From: Eledone cirrhosa
Lineage: Eukaryota
Direction of reading: 5' to 3'
DNA length: 64,000 bases
Assembly (NCBI GenBank): GCA_964016885.1
Contig: OZ024741.1
Span: forward strand, 323,950,001-324,014,000
Shown piece after piece: positions 43,084-55,352 of the stretch (positions are counted from its first letter, which is position 1; each line of letters opens with the position of its first letter). The notes under the pieces are model-generated. The model was not told the origin of the DNA, made no database searches, and was given only the letters and a program-made list of their open reading frames with translations. The position numbers and the translations under genes are program-made.

Positions 43084-44960
43084 CCAAATGTTAAACAAGG
43101 TTCATTGATTATTCAATGAATATAGTTTTACAATAGATTAAAAGCACTCAACAGTTAAAAAAAAAAATTTGTTGAGTTATTAATATTATTCAAAATATTA
43201 ATATATGGATACATTCACGTAATCAAAATATATGTTTTATTATATATATTTCGGAGGTACTGTGCTGTTTTTTCAGTACGTCCTCATCAGATAAAATACA
43301 TACATTGATGTATGACATACCTCAACTGTGCTGATGGTTCAATTCCAGTCTTGGCAGTGATTTATTTCGACAAAACTCAATATTTATATACCACAAGTAA
43401 AAGTGTGACAAACTAAATATGATGGAGAGGGATAAGTAGCGAGATATAAGTATTAGGAGTGGCTGAGTAGGAGAACATATAGAATAAATAAATAAATAAA
43501 CACATAAGTATATAAATGTTAAATATTTAAATATGTAAATATTCGTGTTAGAGAAAAAGACAAAAGAGAGAGAGAGTGCTAAATAGAAGAGAAAGGGGAA
43601 AAAGATACAAAGATGAAGATAAAAAGAAGGGAGAGAGAGATAGAGATGATAGAATATATAACTGCATAAGGAAAAGAGATAAAAAAGAAAGAAAGAAGAA
43701 AGGGACATGAGGCGTGACCGTTTTTTTTTTCAAATATTAAGTCAGGTAGAAGCGATCAATTAAATACTGTGAAATTTTAATCTGTTGTATTTGGTTATAT
43801 TTGAGCAAATTATACTATTATATTATATCCAAATTATATAAAATATTTTCACTGCTAATCAGGAGCATAGTTAAATTAATAAATATATTCAATATTTAGT
43901 TACAAAATTCAAAGTCTGAAACATTATTAAGTACCAATGATGTTTATAAATATAGTAAATAAGTATGAGAATATTTATCATAACTTAATTGCATATCAGC
44001 ATCTGTATATGCATTTTATACAATGTTTAGAATTATAAATATTATAAACAATACTATTTAAATCAATAGTTGTCAATTACATATAGGATTAATTATTAGT
44101 TATATTTACTCTTGAAAGTATTATTATTTTGATTCAACCAAATCTTATTGTATTCCATACTATAGATCAAGCTAAATACAGATTATTAATCAATTTGGAT
44201 AAAACGAAAATTATACACGATCAATATAAACAAAAGCTCCGTACAACATATCTAAACGTTTAAATTAACTAAAAGGTTTGAAAGCCTGAAGGTATTTCAG
44301 ATCTCAAATTTAGAAAATTCACAAAAAAATGAGGATTCAAAAACCAAACGAAAGGTATTTAGTCAATCAAGAGATTAACTTACTATATAAAAGAACCGAT
44401 ATGCATTTCCTAAGGTGAGGTAAAACATTTTACATAATACTAATAAAAACAAGAATTATTAATAAAAGTCAATATCTTTTCTCACTCAGTCAATGTTTTT
44501 TCCTAAATTTATATGATGCTTGAAATGTTTTGTAGATGTATGGAGGCAATTTGAAAATAAGTCACTTTTATATTAATTAAATTACCATAATTAGCAATGA
44601 TTAATAGAGTCTCAAAATTGCAAACATTGCAGTGTGGTGAAATGGAATGGTTTCGATAGGATTCTGAGTTTCTAAGTTTAACCCAAGAAATTGAGTATTT
44701 CATATTTTTCTCTTTTAAAGACCATATTAATTGTGATAATGAAGTAGTACATTTTTTATCTGGATTAGAAAAAGAATGTTTATGATTGGAAAAGCGAAGT
44801 TTAAAGTTCGATGAAGTTGCACCTATGTAGTTATAAGTAATATTATTATTTGTTTTAATGGTACATTTATATACTAAATTCTTATCAAGGCAGTTATTTT
44901 GTAAAAGGCATTCGGATTTCCTTCTACACTTACAGTTCAATTTCATGCTATTTTTACAAT
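43082..44960 (-). mobile_element. 5'-truncated PLE (GIY-YIG remnant plus 3' UTR)
   Basis: ORF 44509-44946: CKCRRKSEC, LVYKC..YIGAT, RFSNH, CNVC; hammerhead near 43233-43298. Confidence 0.85.
43233..43298 (-). ncRNA. Type I hammerhead ribozyme
   Basis: TATTTTAT-CTGATGA-GGAcGTACTG..CAGTACcTCC-GAAA-TATATA-TA-ATAAAA. Confidence 0.88.
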
Positions 44961-45116
44961 ATATATATATATAGGTGTGTGTGTGAATCCCGGGTTCAAT
45001 CGGTAGTAACCACAGGAAGTTAAGTACTCAATACTTGAGATGAGTATGTACAAACTTTAATATATAAATGGCTTCCACAGTTCTAGTCCTGTAGAAGCCA
45101 TTTCTATATTAAATGT

Positions 45117-45152
<36 letters not shown>

Positions 45153-45159
45153 CACAAAA

Positions 45160-45372
45160 TTAGCTAATACCACTTCTTTAGCGGAAGCAGTTAATAATTT
45201 TAAAAAGAAGAAAATTAATTATAACCTAACTTGGAAGATTCTCAAAAGAGCCATTTCTTATCAGGACAACAGAAAGGAGTGTGGACTATGTTCCAAGAAA
45301 TTCTATTAAATAAAAGACATTAATTATCGCATGTAACCATAGAATTAGAAAGACTTTCAAGTATTATAAATA
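45160..45372 (+). pseudogene. Degenerate PLE GIY-YIG C-terminal fragment
   Basis: Translates TTSLAEAVNNFKKKKINYNLTWKILKRAISYQDNRKECGLC..ACNHR. Confidence 0.75.
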
Positions 45373-45403
45373 CAACTAAACAAATAAAGAAAAAATATAA
45401 AAG

Positions 45404-45434
<31 letters not shown>

Positions 45435-45436
45435 TA

Positions 45437-46534
45437 TTAGCAGCAGTACCCAGCGTTGCCTGGGTAGGTAAAAAAATATCTGCTTTGATGAAAGGTGTTG
45501 ATCTTAGCGGCTGCTTCTCGATGACTCATCTATGGTCAGACACAGGCCATGCGAGGAGGGTGGTGATAACCTCTATCACTGAGAAACGCGGGTGACTGAC
45601 GAAGGAGCATGCTAGGGGAGGGAGATAATGACCTCTAACACTAAGCTAAATTTCCTCACGCTACTTGATTGGAAACCGATGAATTCTCAAATACACAACT
45701 AAAAGCTCAGATGACGTCAGTGGCCTTCGTTTTGCATTTGACCATCTATTGGATGTGCAATGATAGGTTCTATCGTAGGATAAAAGTTGAACCAAATAAA
45801 TTGATTTATGTGTGAGGTGGAGCCGAAGTTTCGAATTTGAACGAAATCGGTTGAAAAATGTGGGAGCTAATGATAGGATCTATCGTTGTATAAAAGTTGA
45901 ACGAAATAAATTGATTTATGTGTGAGGTGGAGCCGAAATTTTGAATTTGAACGAAATCGGTTGAAAAATTTGGGAGCTAGAGCCGAAAAGGAGGAAATTT
46001 GAGCGAAAGGGTGGTATTTTCGAATATTTAAGCGACGTTCCTGAACAAAAAATCCAAAATGTAAGCCACTTTAAGACGTGAAATAATCAGATCTAGCGTA
46101 GTGTAAAATTTGAACAAAGTAGGTTGATTAATGTGGGAGCTAGAGCCGAAAAAGTGGAAATTTTAGTCTAAAAGTGGTATCTTTGAATATTTAAGCGGCT
46201 GCCACGCCGTCCCTGAAAAACAAATGCAAAATATAAAGCCATTACAGGATATGCAATGATAAATTCTATTTTGCTTTAAAATATAAACGAAATCGGTGGT
46301 TAAATGCGGGAGCTAGAGCCAACAATCTTATTTTTCGATACCTAAAAAAAAGTGACCCCCTATCGATTTTTATCTGCAGAATGACCACGGAATAACAAAA
46401 CGATACGCTGATATATAGAAAACACTCCCCGATGACTAATCTATGAGCCTCTATAGTTTCATGGATGTAGGCACCTATAGGTCATACACAGACACACAGA
46501 CACACACGCATAGTTAATTTTATATATATACAGA
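45437..46534 (-). mobile_element. Non-autonomous Helitron-like element
   Basis: 5' TC, 3' CTAA, subterminal hairpin CCCAG-GCAACG-CTGGG, inserted between A and T; internal subrepeats ending GTGGGAGCTA. Confidence 0.75.
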
Positions 46535-46574
46535 TATATATAGAAGTGGTTACACAACAGTTAGTTCACCATGC

Positions 46575-46612
46575 CGAGAACAATTATTTCACCTTAGCCA
46601 ATCCTCAGCTCG
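46575..46612 (-). ncRNA. Minimal type I hammerhead (weak helix II)
   Basis: CGAG-CTGAGGA-11 nt-GAAA-TAATTG-TT-CTCG. Confidence 0.65.
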
Positions 46613-48136
46613 TAATGGACATGGTTATACGGAACAGGAAGGGCAACCGTACGAACGCGCATGCGCAGAAACGATCACTTCACACAGGCAATACTAAATT
46701 GCGTGCGACAGGTGTAAGGGAGATAACTGCGAGAGTCCGAAAGTTTCTAGTTGATAAGAAAATTAGGATGTTGTTGTAATTCAATCCGGAGCTTTGTAGT
46801 TATGTAAGAGGTGTTTCCAGACGTGTGGACAACGTGTAAAGATTTCATTTCTCGTCTTTAGGCAATCACTATTGCGTAATCTCTTTAGAATATTTATTTG
46901 TTCATCAATACATAGTCCACACGATGGATTGCCCCTTGCGTATGGCTCGGACTTAGTGATGGCTTTCCATTGAATGGAGTAGTCTATACTTGAGTCCTTG
47001 AGGGACCATACGTGGCTCGCTAGTTTCGTGGATGAACGTCTGTCCGGGTACCTAAAGGTCGACAGGTGGTTGAAGAATCGTTCCTTAAATCGGCCCTTCA
47101 CCATACCCACATAGGATTTGACCTCCTCTGCTTGATTTGGTCGGTTGGAAGTGACCACAGCTTCATAAACTACAGCGGGTGTGTTGCATTGCTGTTGAAG
47201 GGGACAAGCTTAGGGATTGCGGCAAGAGCACCCTGGTGGGATGTTGCTCTTAGGGCTGTTAGTGATGTGGGCCTTCATGTTCTTAGCGCAGGAGTATCCT
47301 AGTTTTACTTCGTGTCGGTTAAAGATGGAGCGGTATTTATGACCTATGGGAAAGTGTCTATCTAAGAGGGCTAGACATTTTTGGCCTACATTGGTTTTAA
47401 CGTTGAGTGAGAAGTGAGGAGAGAACCAGATAGTTTGTCCATTGTTACGCTTTCTTTTCTTATTGCTGTTGTTGTTAGTGGGAGAGTAAGTGATAGGTTG
47501 CGAGAAGCCGCTGTTAGCTAACGCAGTGTTATAGTAGGGTGCCGCCCTGTCAAAGATAGCCTTATTAGAGGAGAGGTTTGAGATTCTAGTACTGATATTA
47601 TTTACGAAGTTTCTAAAAACAGTGGGAGGGTGGCATGAGTCATTGTGAATGTAATTGAGTTTTTCGTTTAGCTTATGGAAGGGTCTGTAGGTGTGTATGC
47701 GAAGGTCTAAATTAATGTCTAAGAAATCTACGCTAGAGATTCTACGCTAGAGAAATCTACGCTACTTTTATCCTAAGTCCTAACTCATTCGATACCTCAT
47801 CCCATGACTGCTAATTTATTCATCTACTACTACCAGCTTAATGATCTATATTGCCCCTTCCTATTTTTACTATTGGTCAATCTCAACCTTGTTATTAAAA
47901 GGTTACTTATTCATACATGTTCACACGTCTGGAAGCACCTCTTACATAACTACAAAGCTCCGGATTGAATTACAACAACATCCTAATTTTCTTATCAACT
48001 AGAAACTTTCGGACTTTCGCAGTTATCTCCCTTACACCTCTCGCACGCAATTTAGTATTGCCTGTGTGAAGTGATCGTTTCTGCGCATGCGCGTTCGTAC
48101 GGTTGTCCTTCCTGTTCCGTATAACCATGTCCATTA

Positions 48137-48174
48137 CGAGCTGAGGATCCGCTAAGCTGAAACAATTGTTCTCG
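48137..48174 (+). ncRNA. Minimal type I hammerhead (weak helix II)
   Basis: CGAG-CTGAGGA-11 nt-GAAA-CAATTG-TT-CTCG. Confidence 0.7.
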
Positions 48175-50699
48175 GTATGGTGAACTAACTGTTGTGTAGC
48201 CACTTCTACCTAACTCGTCTGAGTGCTCTACCACTACGGATATTACCCTCCAGTGTTCTACCACTATACATATATATATATATTTATATATATATGTGTG
48301 TGTGTGTGTATATTTGTTTGCTATTAGAATTAATCCGTAGATTCAATCCTATATTTCTTCACTATAACTGTTTTAAATAATTAACTATTAATGAGCACTA
48401 TATATTACATTATATTCAACACTCTGAACAAAACTTTAACATACATGCATTAAAACCTATAATGAAAACCAGATTATTAATGAGATTTCTTATTCGAAAA
48501 TAAAGTTCCCTACAGGTAAAATTTCATTCTGACTACTCTAACACAATACAATACTTTTACAAATTTTATTATTTTCTTACCTATATATTTTTTAAAATCT
48601 AATTTCTACTTTTCTTAGGTTCCATCTATATTCCTCTACTTATTCTATTTTTAGAACAAATTATTCCTCTTGAACAAAGAAATAACAAATATTTAGGATT
48701 GTTCTATACTATTCTACTGGTTATAACACACTGCTATCTGCACCCCTTTCCTCCAACTTTAATCTTCCTTGACCGTCCTCCACACTTTTCTGAAATTTCC
48801 TACAATCTATCTAAATTCCTTGACACTCGCAACTTTCTTTTCTTAAAGGTCATTCGATATCTCATCCCCTGACTGCTAATTTATTCATCTACTACTATCA
48901 GCTTAATGATCTATATTGCTCCTTCCTATTTTTACTATTGGTCAATCTCAACCTTGTTCTTAAAAGGTTACTTATTCATACATGTTTTTATATTCTTCAA
49001 TAAACAAAACTCATTATTTTTAAGACGTATGTATATTTTCTTACTTTGATAATTTGTAATATATTTTACATAGATCACTAATAGAATGAACATACGTAGT
49101 ACTATCCCCCAGAAACGATCGTAAAATAATGAGTTTTACTATGAATTACCCGTATTTTGTTTAATTTCATTGTTTTCACTATTTGTATTATATATATATA
49201 TATATATACATACAGTAGCGGACTGCGTCTAAACATATTGGTTGCCAGGATATGAAGGGGCCCACCTACATATAGAATGCTATCATTTAATTTCTATAAT
49301 GAATAAATGACATTTTCTAAGTGGAAACAAAACGGTGCAATCAAATTTTTGTGGAAAAATATCTTACCTTCTCCAATAAAAAATATTATGTATTTTGCGA
49401 AATCCACAAACTTTCAATAATGAGCAGAAGTCGACCCTAAACATTACTAATAGCTCTAGGAAAGCCATGAACGACACCACATCTTTTTAACTTTAATTTT
49501 GAAAGTAGGTTTATAATTATTAATTTCCATTATACTTTTGTAGCTGTCTCGGTGGCCTAGTTGGAGGAATCATAGAGGGTGGTGATCCTGGTCTGAAGTT
49601 CGAACCTGGTCGGGAGTAGGGTTCCCGGTAAGCCTTTTCAGTGTTTTCTATTGGTTGTAAAATAAAAACATAATAAGGTTACATGTACCTCTTGACCAGG
49701 ATTGAACCCAAGGCCAGGATTTCCACCGCCTCTAGTACCTACCACTAGGCCACAGAGAGATCTACGGAAATCGTATGAAAATTCATAGTTATAAACCTAT
49801 TTTCAAAACAAAGGTTTGTCATGTCTTTGTTAATGTTATTGCTCCTACTTAAGTTCGACTTCTAAATCATTTGGGTGTTTGACATCTATCTAGACTATAT
49901 TTTAACATGTAATTCATGTTTCATTTCTGTTGTACCGCGTTTTCCCCTGACCCCCCACCCCCAACCTTCTCTCTTTCTCTCTGTGATATTTGATCCGACT
50001 ATAATTTGGGCTTACTTTATCCATACATATATGTTTTTGCATGTCAGATTCAAACTTACAATCATTAGCATTATGTATATATATATATGTATATATATAT
50101 ATATAATATAAACGGAAAAAATGAAACGAAATTTCATTTCCCACTCTTACTTAAATATAAGTATGTACACGTACATACATATATGTATACAGACGTACAG
50201 TAGTATGTATATATATATACATACATGCACACATATGTATATGTAAGTATGGATTCACCGAACATTTATTATAATGCTCGGTGTGTTTGTAAACAAACAT
50301 CCCGTATTAAGCCGTAGTGTCCAGCAACCATCGTTGCTCGTTTGTTCAACACTGACAAAGGAACGCTGTACTAGTTTCAAGCTTATTAGCTATCGTCAGA
50401 AACGTATACCTTCCTGCCAGATTGTTGAACGTATATACTTACTTTATGCATATTAACAGCTGAGTAGCCCAATTTGCATATCGAGTGGGTTAATCGGCCG
50501 GGTGCACCGAAAACAATAAACGGAAAAAGTGAAACGAAATTTCATTTCCCACTCTTAGTACGGCTGTTACTTAAATATAAGTATGTACACGTACATACAT
50601 ATATGTATACAGACGTAGAGTAGTATGACATTTCGTTTCATTTTTTCCGTTTATCGTTTTCGGTGCACCCGTCTGAAAGGACTGAGGTCCGTTTCTTCC

Positions 50700-51098
50700 G
50701 ATATCATTTCGGAAGAAGGATCAGGATGGAGAGAGAGGTGCTGCACCCCAGCCGTTTTTATGAAAGATGGGTGAAAGTGGCGAGAATGGCCCGTGTGAAT
50801 GGGCCTTCACTCTACACCAGACTGTAGGTGAGAAAGATGAAAGATCAAGGGAGTACCCTCTCTCTGTGCTCCTGAGGAGAAAGGTTGCACACTTTTTTCG
50901 GGGGGTGGGGGGTGCGACCCCCCAAGGCGCCTCCTCCCTATTGAGGATTTTGTTATTCAATTTATTTTTGTTATATTTTATATTTTATATTTTTATATTT
51001 TGTTATTGCCTCCTCCTTATTGAGGACGCCTTTTTATGTAAACTCCCCCTATTGTACTTGTCCCACTCTTTGATGTCCTGGTGGCAAATAAAAAGAAA
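50700..51098 (+). mobile_element. 5'-truncated 3' fragment of the same Tx1/L1-like family
   Basis: Aligns by eye to 6440-6800 (RRIRMEREVL..ERWVKVARMARVNGPS, 3' UTR, CCTGGTGGCAAATAAA). Confidence 0.9.
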
Positions 51099-51225
51099 GT
51101 TATCTATATCTATATCTCTCTCTCTATATATATATATATATACACTACCTTCACCACTGATTGATTTGACAGATGACTTTAACCCATTGATACCAAATAT
51201 TATTTGGTCAGTAGTTCGTGTGTAA

Positions 51226-51287
<62 letters not shown>

Positions 51288-51306
51288 GTGAGATTAGTCA
51301 CAAATA

Positions 51307-51386
<80 letters not shown>

Positions 51387-51423
51387 ATTAAACAAATGGA
51401 AACTACATTTATAAAACCATATT

Positions 51424-51489
51424 TATTTCATTATATAGATTTCAGGGATATCATATTAAAAATATGGTATGCCCTCTTCAGACAAAATA
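51424..51489 (-). ncRNA. Type I hammerhead ribozyme
   Basis: Mirror of 51647-51712 with one change in helix III. Confidence 0.75.
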
Positions 51490-51646
51490 CAATATATAAA
51501 CAGTTTTATAAATAAATTTGACATACCTTAAACTTTACAACTTCCATTTAAAAAGTTGTTTTGGTAGTATTTAAATGGAACTTTTTAAATGGAAGTTGTA
51601 AAGTTTAAGGTATGTCAAATTTATTTATAAAACTGTTTATATATTG

Positions 51647-51712
51647 TATTTTGTCTGAAGAGGGCATACCATATTTTTAATATGATATCCCTGAAATATA
51701 TATAATGAAATA
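51647..51712 (+). ncRNA. Type I hammerhead ribozyme
   Basis: TATTTTGT-CTGAAGA-GGG..CATATT/AATATG..CCCt-GAAA-TATATA-TA-ATGAAATA. Confidence 0.8.
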
Positions 51713-51840
51713 AATATGGTTTTATAAATGTAGTTTCCATTTGTTTAATATCGTAAATATACTCCAAAACTTGTTGAGTGCTTTTATATCAGTTATAAAA
51801 TATTTACTCGTTGTAACCCAACAATTTTAAATAAAACTTT

Positions 51841-51884
<44 letters not shown>

Positions 51885-51890
<6 letters not shown>

Positions 51891-54876
51891 GGAGTTTAGA
51901 AAGCCACAACAATGCAGATGAGAAATCTCGAGGTAGGAAGTGAGTGAGAAATAGGAGAAAAGTGAAAATTGGGAGAAACGAAAACAAAACAAAGGTAGAA
52001 GGGTTACCGTAGTGGAGATTTAATCCCAATATTTCGGGCTCACGCCCATCAACGGGGGGAAAGTTCCAAAAGGGGGGGGGGGAACAGGCTAAGCCGGAGA
52101 AAGTTGTATTGTCATTAAAACATAGGAATGCCGTTATGGGGAAAAATTCAAACGCGGGAAAGAATGCGCGTGCGCGTGATAGGCTGTGGCAAAATCTACT
52201 GACTAATTGGGTTAAATCAATAGGGTGCGCTAGCGTGTGAAAGCCGTAAAATATGTGTGTGTAAATATATATGTGTGTGTAACTGTGTGTGTATATGTAT
52301 ATGTGTGTATGTAAGTGAGTGTGTGTGTGTGAAAGATAGTGGGCCGTAGAAGCTGGAATTCAAAGGGTGTGAAAGGTGGTAGGTTGTATAAACATGTGTG
52401 CGTGTATAAATATAGATGTGTGTGTGTATGTGTATGGGTATACATATAAGTGCGTGTGTGTGAAAGATAGTAGGCCGTAGGGGCTGTTACTGGTCACTAT
52501 GGTTAGATTAGCCATGTCAGCTCATTTCTCTCAGCCCGGTTGTTAAGTGGGGGTCTGAGGTTCTTAATAACAAGTGCTTCCTTTATCCTTAAGGATCCGA
52601 TGCTGCGTTCAGTCGCTAGGACTGTGACCAAGGGTCTGCCCTGTGGGTTTCCGCATTTAAGGATGTGTTTACGGAAGGAAGATGCGTTGGTGTTGACATG
52701 TTCCTTGATACGAACATGTAGGGATCGGATGGTGCTACCTATGTAAAACTTGTTACATTTATCGCATTGAATCTTATATACGACATAGGTGCGTAGGCAA
52801 TCTGCCCCCCGTATCGGGCAGTTGCTGAGGGAACACGTCCCATCTGACTCGTCGGGTTTGGTGGAGAGGCATCTTCGGAGCGAAGGTCCTGTGTGGGCCA
52901 AATGTATGTCAAGTCCCTCCCTCAGTATGGCCCTGCGGATGGCGTTCGTGGTATATTCACTCAGGTGAGGGATTTTAAAGAAGCACTTGTTTTTATCTAA
53001 GTTTCTAGTGGGTGTCTGTCTATTGGGTCTGGGGTCTCTAATTCCGTTAATCAGTCGCTTGGGATATCCATTAGACTTGAGTAGATTACGGAATTGCGTG
53101 GTATGGGTGAGACTACCCATCGGGTCGCTGCATCTATTAATGATCCGTGTAAGTTCATTTAGGACATAGCCTCTCTTAGCGTTGTTGGGGAGGGCTGAGT
53201 TGTAATGCACAAATAAGTCCTTGCACGCTGCCTTGCGGTAGAAGGTGGTGTTTATGTCTTCTTCTTCCGAGATGTTGATACGGAAGTCGAGGAGGGCGAG
53301 TGATCCGTCTTCTTCAGGGTGTTCGATGGTGAAATCGATGTGATGGTCAGTGTCGTTAAAGATTTGTTGAATTTCATTCGCCATCTCCCGGGAAGAAGTG
53401 AGTATCAGTATGTCATCAACGTATCTGGAGTAGAAGGCGACGGCGTTGGGTTGGCAGGTGTTGAGTGCCTTGAGTTCCAGGTGGTCCATGTACGAGATCG
53501 CAAGTATGCCGGACAGACTAGAGCCCATAGGTAGCCCAGAGATCTGTTTGTACGTGTGGCCGAGGAAATTGAAGAATGCATTATCCACAACGAAGGAGAG
53601 GAGTTTGTGGATGTCCGTGTGTGTGAGTCCGAAGTAGTGTAAGTTAGATGCTCGGACTCGTTCGGTTAACAGGTCGACGGCTGGTGATGCTGGTACGGAG
53701 GTATAAAGGGCGACCACATCAAGACCGAAGGCATATCCGTTGTCCTTTCTGGTGTTGGGCGCCAAATGGTGTAGTCGCTCCAAGACCTCCTTTGAGCTGC
53801 AGACGTGGGCTGGTAGTGTGTGTAGAATGGGTTTCAGTAGTGTGGAGAGCAGCCACGATATTTTGTAAAGTGGGCCCTCCACGCTAGAGACAATGGGCCT
53901 GATTTTCAAATCGGGTCCTTGTTTATGGGTTTTCACCAGGTAGTAGAAGGTGGGTAGTTTGCTGTTTCTAGTCATTATGTTATTTTATACCTTCTTTGGC
54001 AGTTGTGGTTGGACACAGATGTTAGTCCATATGGTGTTAATGCCTTCCTCGATTAGAGTTGAGGAGGTCCCTGTGACTTTCGAGTAGAGGCTGTCGTCAT
54101 TAAGATGTTGGAGAGCTAAGTTGTTGTAGGTCTCTCTCGAGATGACACAGAATTCTTTCCCCTTGTCAGAGGGAAGGTAAACAAGGTAAACAAGGTTCCT
54201 GGATCTTAGGTTGGTGAGAGTGTTAAATTGTGCATTGGTGAGGTTGCGTTTATTGTGTGTGTGTGTGTGTTGGGAAAGGATGTTAGAGATAGAATGTTTC
54301 AAACTGAGTAGTTTAGTGTCAAGTTCGTGGTTGGTGGGTGGGGGTGGAGTGGGTTGTCGAGGTGGTACGTGGGGAGTGTGAGGTGGGTTGTGGGGTTGTA
54401 ATCGATCTCGGTGTTGTTTTGGATGGCGGTTAGCCATTTTAGTTGATACGCTGTCCGACAGAAGTTGGTTTCAATTCGAGTTTCAGTCTATCATCGAGAC
54501 GCTGTGTAATGATGAACTTGGGTCCGAGGCGCAGGAGTTCGAGTTCGTCGTTGGTGAGGGTACCGGTTAGGTCGGTAACGAGGTGTGAAGCATCGTTGGT
54601 AGGTAGATCGCTGTTGGGGGGTGTACCAGAGGGTGTTGTATCGCTGTTGCCCCTGGTGTGGTTGTAGTCGGTCCGTCTGTGGGAGCCGATGTTGTCATTG
54701 TAGTATTTGTTTACAGTCCATTCGTATTTCCGTATAAGGCGCTGTTTATCGTATTTGACTCTGGTGTGGTAACACTGATCGATAGCTTCACGTATTTTCT
54801 GGACCTGGTGGTCAGGGGTGAGGGTTGGAGCTATACGATCTATGTGCTCGGAGAGCATATTTGTGACTAATCCCAT
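51885..54876 (-). mobile_element. Penelope/Poseidon-like element, nearly complete ORF with frameshifts
   Basis: PSDKG, KTHK..RPIVS, LDVVALYTSVP, GLPMGSSLS, YVDD, VVYKIQCDKCNKFYIGST..RIKEH. Confidence 0.93.
52503..53975 (-). CDS. PLE reverse transcriptase + GIY-YIG endonuclease (uninterrupted 490-aa portion)
   Basis: All core RT motifs and a C-terminal GIY-YIG in one frame; upstream parts lie in ORFs 53985-54437 and 54439-54876. Confidence 0.9.
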   Translation of the reverse strand: MTRNSKLPTFYYLVKTHKQGPDLKIRPIVSSVEGPLYKISWLLSTLLKPILHTLPAHVCSSKEVLERLHHLAPNTRKDNGYAFGLDVVALYTSVPASPAVDLLTERVRASNLHYFGLTHTDIHKLLSFVVDNAFFNFLGHTYKQISGLPMGSSLSGILAISYMDHLELKALNTCQPNAVAFYSRYVDDILILTSSREMANEIQQIFNDTDHHIDFTIEHPEEDGSLALLDFRINISEEEDINTTFYRKAACKDLFVHYNSALPNNAKRGYVLNELTRIINRCSDPMGSLTHTTQFRNLLKSNGYPKRLINGIRDPRPNRQTPTRNLDKNKCFFKIPHLSEYTTNAIRRAILREGLDIHLAHTGPSLRRCLSTKPDESDGTCSLSNCPIRGADCLRTYVVYKIQCDKCNKFYIGSTIRSLHVRIKEHVNTNASSFRKHILKCGNPQGRPLVTVLATERSIGSLRIKEALVIKNLRPPLNNRAERNELTWLI

Positions 54877-55352
54877 TTTTTTTTTTAAATTGCAATAATA
54901 TTGCTTATGCTAAACTCCATATTTATGTTGAGTTTTTCGGAATGTTTTGACTGGTGTTTCTTGCAAACAGATTTTCGTCTAATCCCAGAATCACTAGCGT
55001 GTATCAACGTGTGTTTTGCTATTTCAATTGTACACGCTGTTCGCTTGCCTGCTTTTAATTTCCCTCCGGTATTTTAGCAGTTTGTTTTAGTTAACATGTT
55101 GAGCACTACTGAAGATCGACCTCAACCGTGATTAACCCCACTGAAAAGTTTCGTGAAATAGTCTTTTAAGACTATATAGTGCATTTGTAGTTTTCCCCAA
55201 ATTGACGGTTAAGTATTTTTTCTTGATTTTAAGATTGTATTACTTATCCCAAAAATGTTTCATCTTCATGTTATAGTCACTTATATGTATGAATTATTGT
55301 TGGCTTTTTGCTTACATTAATTTTTCTATTTTCATTTATATATATATATATA

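Larger units (their letters stand above)
46543..48265 (-). mobile_element. 5'-truncated PLE with short tail and inverted tail copy
   Basis: RT thumb and GIY-YIG 46781-47735 (SYVG, RFFNH, CGLCIDE, TRCPH); arms 46543-46826 / 47922-48207. Confidence 0.9.
51381..51755. mobile_element. Foldback of two PLE tails, each with a hammerhead
   Basis: Near-perfect arms about 51381-51557 / 51579-51755 with about 20-bp spacer; same family as 7757-7895 and the 43.2 kb tail. Confidence 0.85.

Noticed and set aside
46546-48203. Duplicated 77-aa ORF
   Set aside because: Antisense frame of inverted PLE tails
49060-49130. GAAA-CGATCG-TA-AAATA half hammerhead
   Set aside because: 5' core missing; at most a decayed remnant
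49551-49615. Genuine tRNA gene
   Set aside because: A/B boxes present but no clean cloverleaf or terminator
55105-55162. CTGAAGA..GAAA motif
   Set aside because: No helix II or III
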